From Thermoplasmata archaeon (GTDB taxonomy: Archaea > Thermoplasmatota > Thermoplasmata > RBG-16-68-12 > JAFNFQ01), in the NCBI GenBank assembly GCA_041489255.1, contig JBGPQV010000001.1, forward strand, positions 32,001-96,000: 64,000 nt of DNA. The letters run 5' to 3'. The stretch's first letter is position 1. Each line of letters begins with the position of its first letter. The translations under genes and the position numbers were made by a program. Under the pieces are notes generated by a model. The model searched no databases and was not told the origin of the DNA. It was given only the letters and a program-made list of their open reading frames with translations. Shown piece by piece: positions 34,063-43,070 of this stretch.

Positions 34063-36396
34063 CAGTTCTCTCACACCCTTCCTGAAGAGTATCACAGGCT
34101 TGTCGAGAACCTTGGCAAGTCTCTCCTCCAGAGGTGAGAGCATCAACCTGCGCGTTCCTTTGGGCGTCGGCGAACTCATCATGACCAAGTCGCAGTCGGC
34201 GCTCTCTCGTCTCACCTCCGCCTCCAGCTCCTTCGCGACCACGGTCTTCTGTTCGACCCGTATGCCCGCCGCTCGGCACATCTCGGTGAACGGTCGCACG
34301 GCCTTGACTGATTGCTCGATCTCCTGCTCCTGACCCGCAACGATCAAGAGTTTGATCTCAGCTCGCGCGTTCTTCGCGACTGTCAGAATTATATCAGAGA
34401 TTCCTTCGAGAGTGAATGAAGGACCTGCCAACGCCATGACCCTCTCCAGCTTCTCCCCGAAACCAGTCGTCTTGAACACAACGACATCGCAGGGAGCCGT
34501 CTCAATCAGGTAGTCGATGTTGCTGCCCAAGATTCGCCCCTGGGTCCCCCGCCCACCCCGCCACCCGAGCACGAGCAGGTTGACATCCTCCTCCGAGAGA
34601 GTGTCCACAATTATCTCGTAGACCTTATGACCGATTTTCACCGAGGCCCTCGCATCGACGCCCTCTTTCCCCGCCATTTTCGTGAGCCGTTGCAGTTCCT
34701 TGATCCTGTCATTGACGAAGGAGAACTTGATTGCCTTCGGCGGGAGGTTGCGGGGAATCTCGACAACGTTGAGAAGGCTCAATTCACCCCCACGATTCTT
34801 GGCGATCTGGGCGCCAAATCTCACGAGGTTGAGGTCAGTGAACTCCTTCAGCGGCAGGAAGACACGGTAGCGCTGCAGGTCTATCTCTTTCCTCTCGGTC
34901 GCGAGGATGTCTGAAAGGTCGGCCTTTCTGGCGCCCTCGGCCGTGCCGACGAGCTGCTTTCCACCAGCGAAGAAGTGATAGAACATCCCCGCCGTGATCC
35001 ACATGATAACCACATACCAGGCAATCCTCCCGGGGGCCAGCATCTCTGACCCGAACGCGGGGAAAGCCCAGAGAGACCCCGCCAACGCAAGGTTGGCGAC
35101 TATCCCGATGGCGGGAAGAAGGGGGACGAGCGGCACCCTGAAGCCACGCGGCGCTTCCCTGTCCCGGCGATGGATGGCTACCAGAGCCGCATCGACCAGA
35201 GCGAAGAGTATCAAATAGAGGATGCTCGCAACCATTGCCATCTGAGGTATGTCCAGCAGTAAAACGAACATGGAAGCGAGGAGGCCGCTTGCCAGCACCG
35301 GGGGGTTCGGCATTCTCCCGCCACGCTGCCCTTCACCGAGCCGCTTGAACAGCACTCCGTCCTTTGCCATCACGAAAGACAATCTCGCCGCGGAAGACAG
35401 GTTATTGCCCACGGCCGTGACCATTGCCACAACTCCCGCGACCAGCAGCAGAACAGCGCCGCCCGGACCGAGATTCTTGAGCGCAAGAGAGGCGAAGCTG
35501 AGCTCTGCACGAGGGCCTGTGAGTGTGCAGGCGGCCAAGCTGCCAGAACAGCCGTATCTCGCCAATGATAGAAGGGAGGCCTCTAACAACACGTAGAGGA
35601 GCACGACCAGCCCCACGGAGATGAGAATGCCCCGGGGGATCGTTTTGTGCGGCTGTTTTACCTCCGTCGCAGAGAGAGCGATTATTTCGTAGCCTTCGTA
35701 GGCGACGAAAATAAAGGCTATTGCCAGAGGAATCCCAGCCCATCCGCTCGTTCCCAAGAAGTTCATTTCCGCGCCAACGGATGGCACGGATGGCGGGTTG
35801 ACGAACGCAACAACAAACGCCACAGTCAGGAACGCCAGCACCAGAACCGTCTTGACTATCAGCCCCCATGGCAGGCGTCGTGCCCTGATCCTGCCGCGAA
35901 TGCCGCTTGAGGATATGAAGGCCAGAATCACCAAGAACGCTCCCACCTTGAGGGCTGCCACGTACGTCGGATCGGAGAGGAACGATGCCATTCTGATTGC
36001 TCCCGCCCAATCCAAGAGTGCGGCCACCCCGTACAGCACAAACGCCGACAAGCTCATGGCGGAGAGGGCAAGCGCGGCCGAGTGTCCAGCCCAAGCCGTC
36101 CAGCCGGCAAGAAAACCCGAGGGCGGGGGAAGACCTTCCTTGACCCATGTATAGCCACCGCCAGCCCTCGGATACTTGGATGCCAACTCTGCATACGAGA
36201 CCGCAGTCAGCAGAACCACAAGCCCGGCAGCAGCAAGAGCCAAGAGGGTCGACAGGCCAGCGACTTGGGTCGCGGGGGCGAGTAATACGAATATCCCGGC
36301 CCCTACCATGGCACCTACCCCAAGGCCAACGACGTCGGCGAGGCCAAGATCCCTAGAGACCTCTACCCGCACTCCGTCTCTCGGTTCTCCAGCCAT
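34054..36396 (-). CDS. APC amino-acid permease fused to universal stress protein domains
   Basis: GAMVGAGIF, YAELAS.YP.AGGGY, AYEGYE; C-terminal LLVLGWRG..ILGSNIDYLIETAPCDV USP motif. Confidence 0.9.
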   Translation of the reverse strand: MAGEPRDGVRVEVSRDLGLADVVGLGVGAMVGAGIFVLLAPATQVAGLSTLLALAAAGLVVLLTAVSYAELASKYPRAGGGYTWVKEGLPPPSGFLAGWTAWAGHSAALALSAMSLSAFVLYGVAALLDWAGAIRMASFLSDPTYVAALKVGAFLVILAFISSSGIRGRIRARRLPWGLIVKTVLVLAFLTVAFVVAFVNPPSVPSVGAEMNFLGTSGWAGIPLAIAFIFVAYEGYEIIALSATEVKQPHKTIPRGILISVGLVVLLYVLLEASLLSLARYGCSGSLAACTLTGPRAELSFASLALKNLGPGGAVLLLVAGVVAMVTAVGNNLSSAARLSFVMAKDGVLFKRLGEGQRGGRMPNPPVLASGLLASMFVLLLDIPQMAMVASILYLILFALVDAALVAIHRRDREAPRGFRVPLVPLLPAIGIVANLALAGSLWAFPAFGSEMLAPGRIAWYVVIMWITAGMFYHFFAGGKQLVGTAEGARKADLSDILATERKEIDLQRYRVFLPLKEFTDLNLVRFGAQIAKNRGGELSLLNVVEIPRNLPPKAIKFSFVNDRIKELQRLTKMAGKEGVDARASVKIGHKVYEIIVDTLSEEDVNLLVLGWRGGRGTQGRILGSNIDYLIETAPCDVVVFKTTGFGEKLERVMALAGPSFTLEGISDIILTVAKNARAEIKLLIVAGQEQEIEQSVKAVRPFTEMCRAAGIRVEQKTVVAKELEAEVRRESADCDLVMMSSPTPKGTRRLMLSPLEERLAKVLDKPVILFRKGVRELSF

Positions 36397-36500
36397 ATTG
36401 CCGCACTGACACTTCACCGCCAATTAAAGGCTTGCGGGTGTCGATGAGGCTGTTGCCAGAGTTGAGAACACCCCGGCAATCTGATGGAGAAAAGACATGG

Positions 36501-36507
36501 TTTATAT
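36501..36507 (+). promoter_or_regulatory. TATA box of the thioredoxin gene
   Basis: TTTATAT 36 nt before ATG 36543, with AGGTGA SD in between. Confidence 0.55.
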
Positions 36508-36542
36508 GCGGTCGGGGCATCTACCGCATAATAGGTGAATAG

Positions 36543-36869
36543 ATGGCATCCGATGCCATAGTTGAGGTCACCGACGCCAACTTCGACAAGGTCATCAAGG
36601 AGAATCCGGTGGTCGTGGTTGACTTCTGGGCGGTGTGGTGCATGCCCTGCAAAGTGATCGCGCCCTACATCGAGGACCTGGCCAAGAGATACGCGGGCAA
36701 AGCCGTGTTCGCCAAGCTGGACGCGGACCCGAATCCCGTGAAGATGCGGGAGTACGGGGTCATGGGCGTGCCGACTCTCCTCTTCTTCAAGAACGGCAAG
36801 CTCGTGGACAACATAGTCGGAGCGGTCCCGAAGGCGCAGATCGAATCGAAGCTGAAGAAATATCTCTAG
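36543..36869 (+). CDS. trxA: Thioredoxin (WCMPC active site)
   Basis: VVDFWAVWCMPCK, GVMGVPTLLFFKNG, VGAVPK. Confidence 0.93.
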   Translation: MASDAIVEVTDANFDKVIKENPVVVVDFWAVWCMPCKVIAPYIEDLAKRYAGKAVFAKLDADPNPVKMREYGVMGVPTLLFFKNGKLVDNIVGAVPKAQIESKLKKYL

Positions 36870-36929
36870 TAACCAGCCCGCAAGAGTTATAACCGAGGTT
36901 GACAATGAAATCACCCCGGGGAATCAGAA

Positions 36930-37649
36930 CTGGCAGAGAAGGACAAGAGAGTCACCTGTCCCGAATGCGGGGCGTTCGTCAAGTCCATCAACCTGGAGTC
37001 TCACCTCAAGGAAGTCCACAAGACGAAGATGAAGAAGCAAGACAAGGCTGGTGCTGCGGGCGAGAAGCCCGGATCCAAGAAACCCAAGGCTTCGGTCGTC
37101 GCATTCCCATGGAAGTGGGTCGGCGTGGGGGCCGTCGCCCTCATCATCATACTCTCCGTGATAGTAATCAGGCCATTGCTCCCAGGAGGCGGCTCAACGA
37201 ACCCCAACGTACCCGAAGAATGCATAGAGGGCAAGACTCTCAAGATTGATTTCGACGTGAGCCTCCATATATTCATCACCGACGACCACCGGAACAACTA
37301 CACCCAACTCATACCCAACGGCATCGGAACCGACCCGATAGATGGCCAATCGTGCACGAGACGGCTGCATACCGGATATGACTACAATACGAGCTACCAG
37401 GCTGCGAGGATCCATGTCCAATCGCCAAACGAGAGGGACTTCACGCTGGGAGACTTCTTCGTCATATGGAACAACCAGACGCTCGGACCGGATAAAGTCC
37501 TCAGCTTCTGGCTATCCTCCGGGTGGAGGATAGTTTTCAAAGTCAACGGGGCCGTCCTGGATGACACGGACACCAACCCGGGATACCACTACGAGACCTT
37601 CAGACTTATCGCGGATCAAGATATCGTGTTCTATGTCTCCCATCCGTGA
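36930..37649 (+). CDS. C2H2 zinc finger, basic linker, single TM and extracellular domain protein (probable CTG start)
   Basis: Upstream of ATG 37029 the frame encodes LAEKDKRVTCPECGAFVKSINLESHLKEVH. In-frame TGA at 36906 and no ATG/GTG/TTG before the finger. Extracellular IPNGIG..C..LHT..IHVQS..FTLGDFF..W. Confidence 0.78.
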   Translation: MAEKDKRVTCPECGAFVKSINLESHLKEVHKTKMKKQDKAGAAGEKPGSKKPKASVVAFPWKWVGVGAVALIIILSVIVIRPLLPGGGSTNPNVPEECIEGKTLKIDFDVSLHIFITDDHRNNYTQLIPNGIGTDPIDGQSCTRRLHTGYDYNTSYQAARIHVQSPNERDFTLGDFFVIWNNQTLGPDKVLSFWLSSGWRIVFKVNGAVLDDTDTNPGYHYETFRLIADQDIVFYVSHP

Positions 37650-37758
37650 TTGAAGTGAAGTTTCTCGGTTATCCAGCTTGAGAATCAGTGAAAATAACCA
37701 GCTCTGGCCCCTTTAATACACCCCCCGTCCAATAAAGAGTCAAGAGGAGGTGTAAGAA

Positions 37759-38103
37759 CTGGATCCTCTAGAAGCATCGCGAATCGTGACTGATGAGTAC
37801 TCGGCAAAGATACTCGTCGCCACCTTCAAGAGACCCCGGTCCGCGATCGAACTCAGCAGGGAATACGGGATACCGATCGCCGCCTGTTATAGGCGCATAC
37901 ACGCGCTGGAGAACGCCGGCCTCATCAGGTGTGTCGAGAGGGCCTTGACGCAGAAGGGCAAGAGGATAAGCCTTTACCTGTCGCAGCTGAGGAACGCTTA
38001 CATCTTCTTCGAGAACGGACGGCTCAGAGTCCGCTTCCAGTTGAGCAACGGATTGATCAGGGATTTCGGAGGCGACTGGAAGGCCGTGGATGTGATGCAG
38101 TGA
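37759..38103 (+). CDS. Winged-helix (ArsR-like) transcriptional regulator (probable CTG start)
   Basis: GAGGAGGTG SD, then CTG GAT CCT CTA GAA (MDPLEASRIVTDEYSAKIL). HTH SAIELSREYGIPIAACYRRIHALE. Confidence 0.85.
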   Translation: MDPLEASRIVTDEYSAKILVATFKRPRSAIELSREYGIPIAACYRRIHALENAGLIRCVERALTQKGKRISLYLSQLRNAYIFFENGRLRVRFQLSNGLIRDFGGDWKAVDVMQ

Positions 38104-38115
38104 TTTCGCGCTTAA

Positions 38116-38232
38116 ACCCCTCCTCCACAACCCATGGGCAGGCCCGAGCAAGGCTCGGCCTGCCTCTTTATTGCCTATGACCCCTCCTCAACCCCATGGG
38201 TTCACCTAACCGGTGAACCCAAACTATTTTTT
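38116..38232 (+). repeat. Two tandem units of ACCCCTCCTC..AACCC(C)ATGGG, GC hairpin and T-rich tail (terminator or sRNA)
   Basis: Units start at 38116 and 38180. Hairpins at 38137-38164 and a perfect 10-bp TGGGTTCACC/GGTGAACCCA at 38197-38221, followed by TTTTTT. Confidence 0.6.
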
Positions 38233-38260
38233 CTAATAGAAGTAACGTATTGGGTGCACC

Positions 38261-38476
38261 ATGGACCGCGAACGGCTCAAGTACCTGATGCGCGAGGTTC
38301 TTGGAGTCGACGTCGACGGGGTCGTCGGCCGGATAATGGCTGACCTCTCGATCAAGCAGGCGAAGAGGACGGCCGAGTACACCAAGGAATGGAAGAGATA
38401 CATGAAGAAGGAGGGTGGCCTCGTGGTGATGCCGAGGAACGTCACCGAGGTCGGCCGCAAGCGGAGACGGGCCTAG
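38261..38476 (+). CDS. Small hypothetical basic protein
   Basis: 71 aa, genome-typical codon usage, AT-rich upstream region. Confidence 0.6.
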   Translation: MDRERLKYLMREVLGVDVDGVVGRIMADLSIKQAKRTAEYTKEWKRYMKKEGGLVVMPRNVTEVGRKRRRA

Positions 38477-38516
38477 CTCGCTACATTTATCTCCCGCCAT
38501 CCCCTTCCCGCGCACA

Positions 38517-39449
38517 ATGTCGTCGTTCGAAGGCCTAGATGTCATCTCGATCTCGGATTTCTCGAAAGAAGACGTGATGAGGGTCCTGAAGACCGCCAAG
38601 GGGATGGTGCCCATGGCGACGGGCAGGAAGCCGGACAGATCCCTCGAGGGGAAGATAATGTCCGCCCTCTTTTTCGAACCCAGCACGCGGACTCGACTTT
38701 CCTTCGAGAGCGCGATGAAGAGACTTGGCGGTGGCGTGCTCGGCTTCGCCCAGCCCGAGGGCACCTCGATAATGAAGGGCGAGACTCTGGCGGACACTGT
38801 CAGGATGGTCGATGCCTACTCGGACGTGGTAGTCATCCGGCACCCCCATGAAGGGGCGGCGCGGCTCGCGGCAGACTTCGCATCCAAGCCCGTCATCAAT
38901 GCAGGTGATGGTGCGGGCCAGCATCCCACGCAAACGCTTCTCGACTTATATACGATCTGGGAAGGGCTCGGGAAGCTGGATGGCGTCAACATCGCCCTTG
39001 TCGGCGACCTGAAGTATGGAAGGACCGTGCACTCGCTGACCACGGCGCTGTCAATGTTCCGCACCAACCTCAGCTTCGTCGCACCGCCGTCTCTCCAGAT
39101 GCCGAGGGAACTGATAGACCAGGTCAAGGAGAAGGGGCTACCTCTGAAGATGACCCACGACATCCGCGATGTCATCAACGATGTCGACGTGCTCTACGTC
39201 ACGAGGATCCAGAAAGAGAGGTTCCCGGATCCGCAGGAGTATGCAAAGGTGGCGGGTACCTACCGAATCGATATACCCCTGTTGCGCGATGTGAAGAAGA
39301 ACCTCATGATCATGCACCCCCTGCCGCGCGTTGACGAGATTGCAGCAGAAGTGGACGAGACCCCCTACGCGAGATATTTCCAGCAGGCTCTCAACGGTGT
39401 GTCGGTCAGGATGGCCCTACTGTCGCTCATACTGGGGGGGACCAAATGA
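38517..39449 (+). CDS. pyrB: Aspartate carbamoyltransferase catalytic subunit
   Basis: [32 protein letters not shown]. Confidence 0.97.
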   Translation: MSSFEGLDVISISDFSKEDVMRVLKTAKGMVPMATGRKPDRSLEGKIMSALFFEPSTRTRLSFESAMKRLGGGVLGFAQPEGTSIMKGETLADTVRMVDAYSDVVVIRHPHEGAARLAADFASKPVINAGDGAGQHPTQTLLDLYTIWEGLGKLDGVNIALVGDLKYGRTVHSLTTALSMFRTNLSFVAPPSLQMPRELIDQVKEKGLPLKMTHDIRDVINDVDVLYVTRIQKERFPDPQEYAKVAGTYRIDIPLLRDVKKNLMIMHPLPRVDEIAAEVDETPYARYFQQALNGVSVRMALLSLILGGTK

Positions 39450-39901
39450 GAGAGCTTCGCGTGCAGCCGATCAAGAACGGTACGGTCATCGACCACATAC
39501 CTTCGGGCATGGCCCTGAAGGTCCTGAAGATTCTTGGAATAAGCGGCAACGTCGCGTCGACGGTGACCGTCGCCATGCACGTCGCGAGCGCGAAGATGAA
39601 GTGGAAAGATATAGTGAAGGTGGAGGATAGGGAACTCAACCCGCGCGAGGTCGACAAAATCTGCCTCATTGCCCCCTCAGCGACTGTCAACGTCATCAGG
39701 AACTACAATGTCGCGGAGAAGAGGCGCGTCTCACTGCCGGAAAGGGCCGTGGGAATCCTCAAGTGCGGCAATCCCAACTGCATCACGAACCAGAGGGAGC
39801 CTGTGGAAACGGTGTTTATAGTCGGCAGCAAGACGCCCCTGCTACTGAGATGCAGGTACTGCGACCGCATGCTCGAGGACGTCGCCGCCGCGATCGTTTG
39901 A
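39446..39901 (+). CDS. pyrI: Aspartate carbamoyltransferase regulatory subunit
   Basis: [29 protein letters not shown]. Confidence 0.96.
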   Translation: MRELRVQPIKNGTVIDHIPSGMALKVLKILGISGNVASTVTVAMHVASAKMKWKDIVKVEDRELNPREVDKICLIAPSATVNVIRNYNVAEKRRVSLPERAVGILKCGNPNCITNQREPVETVFIVGSKTPLLLRCRYCDRMLEDVAAAIV

Positions 39902-39982
39902 GCGCGACAGATCGGCGTCCTTGCCCCGACCGAAGCATTAATCTACTCGATTCTGCTTTCTGGTTATAGGGATGGTGAGAAG

Positions 39983-40267
39983 TTGCTCGAAGAAGTTTCC
40001 GAGCTCATCGGCCTGCAGGTCTACACGAACAACGGCGTTTTCCTCGGCAACGTGAACAACCTTGTAGTTGACGTCGACAACGGCCTCGTGGAAGGCGTAT
40101 TCGTCGGGGAGACGAATCCGCTCCTTGTCGAGGGTTCCAAGGCCGTAAGCGTGCCCTATAGGTGGGTGCAGAGCGTCGGAGACATCGTGATCCTGAGGTA
40201 TTTCCCCAAGCGGGTCAGCCTTAAGAAATCCCCGTCGTCCGCGAAGACACCGGAGTCGAAGAAGTAG
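39983..40267 (+). CDS. PRC-barrel protein (CdpB-like cell division protein)
   Basis: LIGLQVYTNNGVFLGNV..VVD, VPYRWVQSVGDIVIL. Confidence 0.85.
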   Translation: MLEEVSELIGLQVYTNNGVFLGNVNNLVVDVDNGLVEGVFVGETNPLLVEGSKAVSVPYRWVQSVGDIVILRYFPKRVSLKKSPSSAKTPESKK

Positions 40268-40361
40268 CCGGAGCCGTATTTGCACAACCTTTTTCATCCA
40301 GCAGGCTTTCGCGCAGCGATAGCCATCTGAGGACAATCTCGACCGAGCGGGAGAGTGGCGC

Positions 40362-40760
40362 ATGAAGCTCCGCTTCGAATTGTTGGAAGTCAGCAAGCTG
40401 AAGAGCCATGAGGAGATCAGACCGGAGTTGCTTGACAGCCTGGTGAGAGAGATCCAGGCCGACGGTTACCTCAGGAAGCCCGTCCTCGTGGAAGACCGCC
40501 ACTACGTAATCCTCGACGGCCACCACAGGTATGAGGCGCTCAAGAAGCTCGGCTGCAGGAAGATACCCGTGTACCTCGTCGACTACTTCGACGACGCAAT
40601 CTACCTGACCACATGGCCGGGAGCGAAACACACGCACGTGACGAAGGACGATGTTCTGAAAATGGCGGGATCTGGCGGGCTCTATCCCCCGAAAACCACG
40701 AGACACATCGTAAACATCGAGCTGAGAGAAGTGAAGGTGAAGCTCACCGAGCTGATGTGA
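40362..40760 (+). CDS. Stand-alone ParB/Srx-fold protein (SerK/SbnI-like)
   Basis: LKSHEE, KPVLV, ILDGHHRYEALKKLG, YPPKTTRH. Confidence 0.85.
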   Translation: MKLRFELLEVSKLKSHEEIRPELLDSLVREIQADGYLRKPVLVEDRHYVILDGHHRYEALKKLGCRKIPVYLVDYFDDAIYLTTWPGAKHTHVTKDDVLKMAGSGGLYPPKTTRHIVNIELREVKVKLTELM

Positions 40761-40763
40761 GAT

Positions 40764-41303
40764 TCATTTCTTCGGCCTGGCACCCATTGCCTTGGTCATC
40801 ATTCTGTCGTGCTGCCCTATCTCGAACATGCAGTGCCGTGAACCGCTAGCCCTGCATTCGACCTCGAGACACATGATGTCTTCTCGCCCGGCGAGTTCTT
40901 GATAGAAACCTGCGAACACACCGCGGGTATAATCGCAAACAGGGCCTTTGGCGAGATGCTTGTTCTCCTTGAATGCGAACGCCTCAAAGGCGGTAGGCGC
41001 ATCGCACTCGATGATGACCCGCGGTTCCCGCCAGTCGGCGTCCGAGATGAAGAAGTTGCCAAAGCCCGCCTGAGAGAATATCTCGATGCAATCTGCAAGG
41101 CCTTCCGTACCGACCTTGATCATCCCTATCCTTCCCGCGGAGCTGGCGAAGCGCTTGCCTCCCTGGACACCTGCAAGATAGAGCAGTGTTGAGGCGGCTG
41201 GACCTATCGATTTCTCCAGGGAATCACGAATGGAGTAGAACGCGCCACCTATCTCGAAGAGACACATCCTCAGACCGCCGACCCTGATCTCTCCTCGCTG
41301 CAC
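40764..41303 (-). CDS. Stand-alone V4R (XylR_N/V4R) ligand-binding domain protein
   Basis: GEIRVGGLRM, GFG, PVCDYTRGVFAG, EVECRASGSRHCMF. Start uncertain. Confidence 0.85.
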   Translation of the reverse strand: MQRGEIRVGGLRMCLFEIGGAFYSIRDSLEKSIGPAASTLLYLAGVQGGKRFASSAGRIGMIKVGTEGLADCIEIFSQAGFGNFFISDADWREPRVIIECDAPTAFEAFAFKENKHLAKGPVCDYTRGVFAGFYQELAGREDIMCLEVECRASGSRHCMFEIGQHDRMMTKAMGARPKK

Positions 41304-41391
41304 GAAATTGGCTATGCCCTCTTCGCCGTCCGGTATCTCCTCACCCTCCGAGGCCTGACCGTGTCATATATATGCATGCCCACATATTATG

Positions 41392-41919
41392 CTATCGTCT
41401 GGAAGATGCGTGTTCCCCTGAATCCACGACGGTCTTGCCGCGTTCGGATGGGATGATCGTCAGCCTGCCCTTCACGACCCTCCTGACACCCTCCCCGCAG
41501 AGGAACCTGTCCAGAAACACAGCCACCGCCGCCACCTCGGAATGCGGCTGATTGCCGACCGCCACATTGAAGTCGGCCATTTCGTAGATCTCCGGCGGCA
41601 CCTTCTCCGCACCAACCACCACTAGAACATCTCCCTTCGGAATATTGGGGACTGCCTCGCCAATTGGAAGGCCGTACATCGTCAGGTGCACCACCGTCCC
41701 CTGCCACGCTCTCACGAGCTTCTTCCAATCCACTCCGTCCTCGATCTCGAAATCACCGCCAAAACGGGCAACCACGGACCTCACCGAGCGTACAAGGCCC
41801 GCGTCTTTGGAGGACAGAAATATCTTGTCCGCACCGAAAGCCCTGGCGGTCAAAGCCACATGCGTGGTCACGCGCTTGTCCCGTCCGATCCTGTGACCAA
41901 GGCGCAGGATTGCCAGCAT
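41392..41919 (-). CDS. trm56: tRNA (cytidine-56-2'-O)-methyltransferase
   Basis: LRLGHR..RDKRVTTHVALTARAFGA, VHLTMYG, VGAEKVP, GNQPHSEVAA. Confidence 0.95.
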   Translation of the reverse strand: MLAILRLGHRIGRDKRVTTHVALTARAFGADKIFLSSKDAGLVRSVRSVVARFGGDFEIEDGVDWKKLVRAWQGTVVHLTMYGLPIGEAVPNIPKGDVLVVVGAEKVPPEIYEMADFNVAVGNQPHSEVAAVAVFLDRFLCGEGVRRVVKGRLTIIPSERGKTVVDSGEHASSRR

Positions 41920-41928
41920 CTCGTCCAC

Positions 41929-42447
41929 CTATTCTTCCCAGAGCATCGAGTAGAAGAAGAGCGCGAAGCTCGCGTTCGTCAGCACGAAAATCGCGTAGAG
42001 GTAGATGAGGCGCAGGTAGTCCGGCCAGAAGATGCTCGTCATGACGAAAGTCAGAAGGAGCAGAAGCGCCCAGATCATGCCCGCCACGAACTTCGTGCCA
42101 CGCTCCGTGACTCTGAGCGGCCTGATGCGGAGATCGTCCAGCATGTAGAAGAATGCGACAAGCGTCGAGAGAACCATCCCCGATATCCCGAAGACGTAGG
42201 TGTACAAGCCCCCCTGCATGACTATCCCGAGATACACGAGAACGACGAGCAGGACGAACGCGGCGCCCGCCCCCATGGCCAGCCTGCCCTTGCTGGCAAC
42301 CCGAGGGGAGAGTTGCGCGAGATCCTTGAAGTCCATATGCGCGGACGTCCTTTCCGCTCTTTCTGTGGCTGGGGCTGCACCCGCCCCTGTCCCGGCATCC
42401 GCGAACTCATCAGGAGTATTCTCGAAGGGATTCTCGTCCTCGGACAT
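41929..42447 (-). CDS. Hypothetical 4-TM membrane protein
   Basis: Acidic N-terminus and four hydrophobic segments; operonic with its neighbours. Confidence 0.7.
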   Translation of the reverse strand: MSEDENPFENTPDEFADAGTGAGAAPATERAERTSAHMDFKDLAQLSPRVASKGRLAMGAGAAFVLLVVLVYLGIVMQGGLYTYVFGISGMVLSTLVAFFYMLDDLRIRPLRVTERGTKFVAGMIWALLLLLTFVMTSIFWPDYLRLIYLYAIFVLTNASFALFFYSMLWEE

Positions 42448-42451
42448 TGGA

Positions 42452-42949
42452 CTAGTCCTCGAACTTCTGCACTCGGTGCCCGCGGAAATCCAAGCGCGAC
42501 GATCTCTTGACGAGCGCCCTGAGCATCGTCTGAGTCACGGCGAGTTCATCTGCGAGGTCTCCTGCGAACTTGCCCTCCTCACCAACCGATTTGGCGAGTT
42601 TCTCCTCCAGCTTCTTATACTTCGCATCAGGCATCATCGCGACCGACAGTATGTCGCTCATCTCCTGGACAGGCGCGGACGCATTGATGTGGAAGGATCC
42701 GTAGAAGGCATGGTACGCCTTCTCCGGCGACGCCGAGGCACTTGTCTGCCATTTGGTCTCGACTAGCTTGAGTTTGTCGAAGAAACGCAGCGCCTCGACT
42801 CCCTCTATCCCGTACTTCTCCTGAACCTGGTTGGCGGTCCTCCAATCGTTGGAGACCTCCTTGAAAACTTCTCTCTTCACATCGCTATCGACGGCCCGGA
42901 GCATGGGGACAAGCTCTGCTAATTCGCTCACGACCTTAATCCTGTTCAT
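42452..42949 (-). CDS. Archaeal ArsR-like winged-helix protein (COG4860-like)
   Basis: RIKVV....ELVPML, LVETKW, PEKAYHAFY..FHIN; TATATAT upstream at about 42983-42990. Confidence 0.75.
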   Translation of the reverse strand: MNRIKVVSELAELVPMLRAVDSDVKREVFKEVSNDWRTANQVQEKYGIEGVEALRFFDKLKLVETKWQTSASASPEKAYHAFYGSFHINASAPVQEMSDILSVAMMPDAKYKKLEEKLAKSVGEEGKFAGDLADELAVTQTMLRALVKRSSRLDFRGHRVQKFED

Positions 42950-43070
42950 CGACAACCTTTCGCGCGGGATGGCGGTGCGGCCATATATATTTTAATAGAG
43001 GCCTCAAGCTAAAAATGGTTCTGGCCCTCCGCTGTCGCCCCGAAGAGCCTTTTGGTGCTTAGGATGGTGA

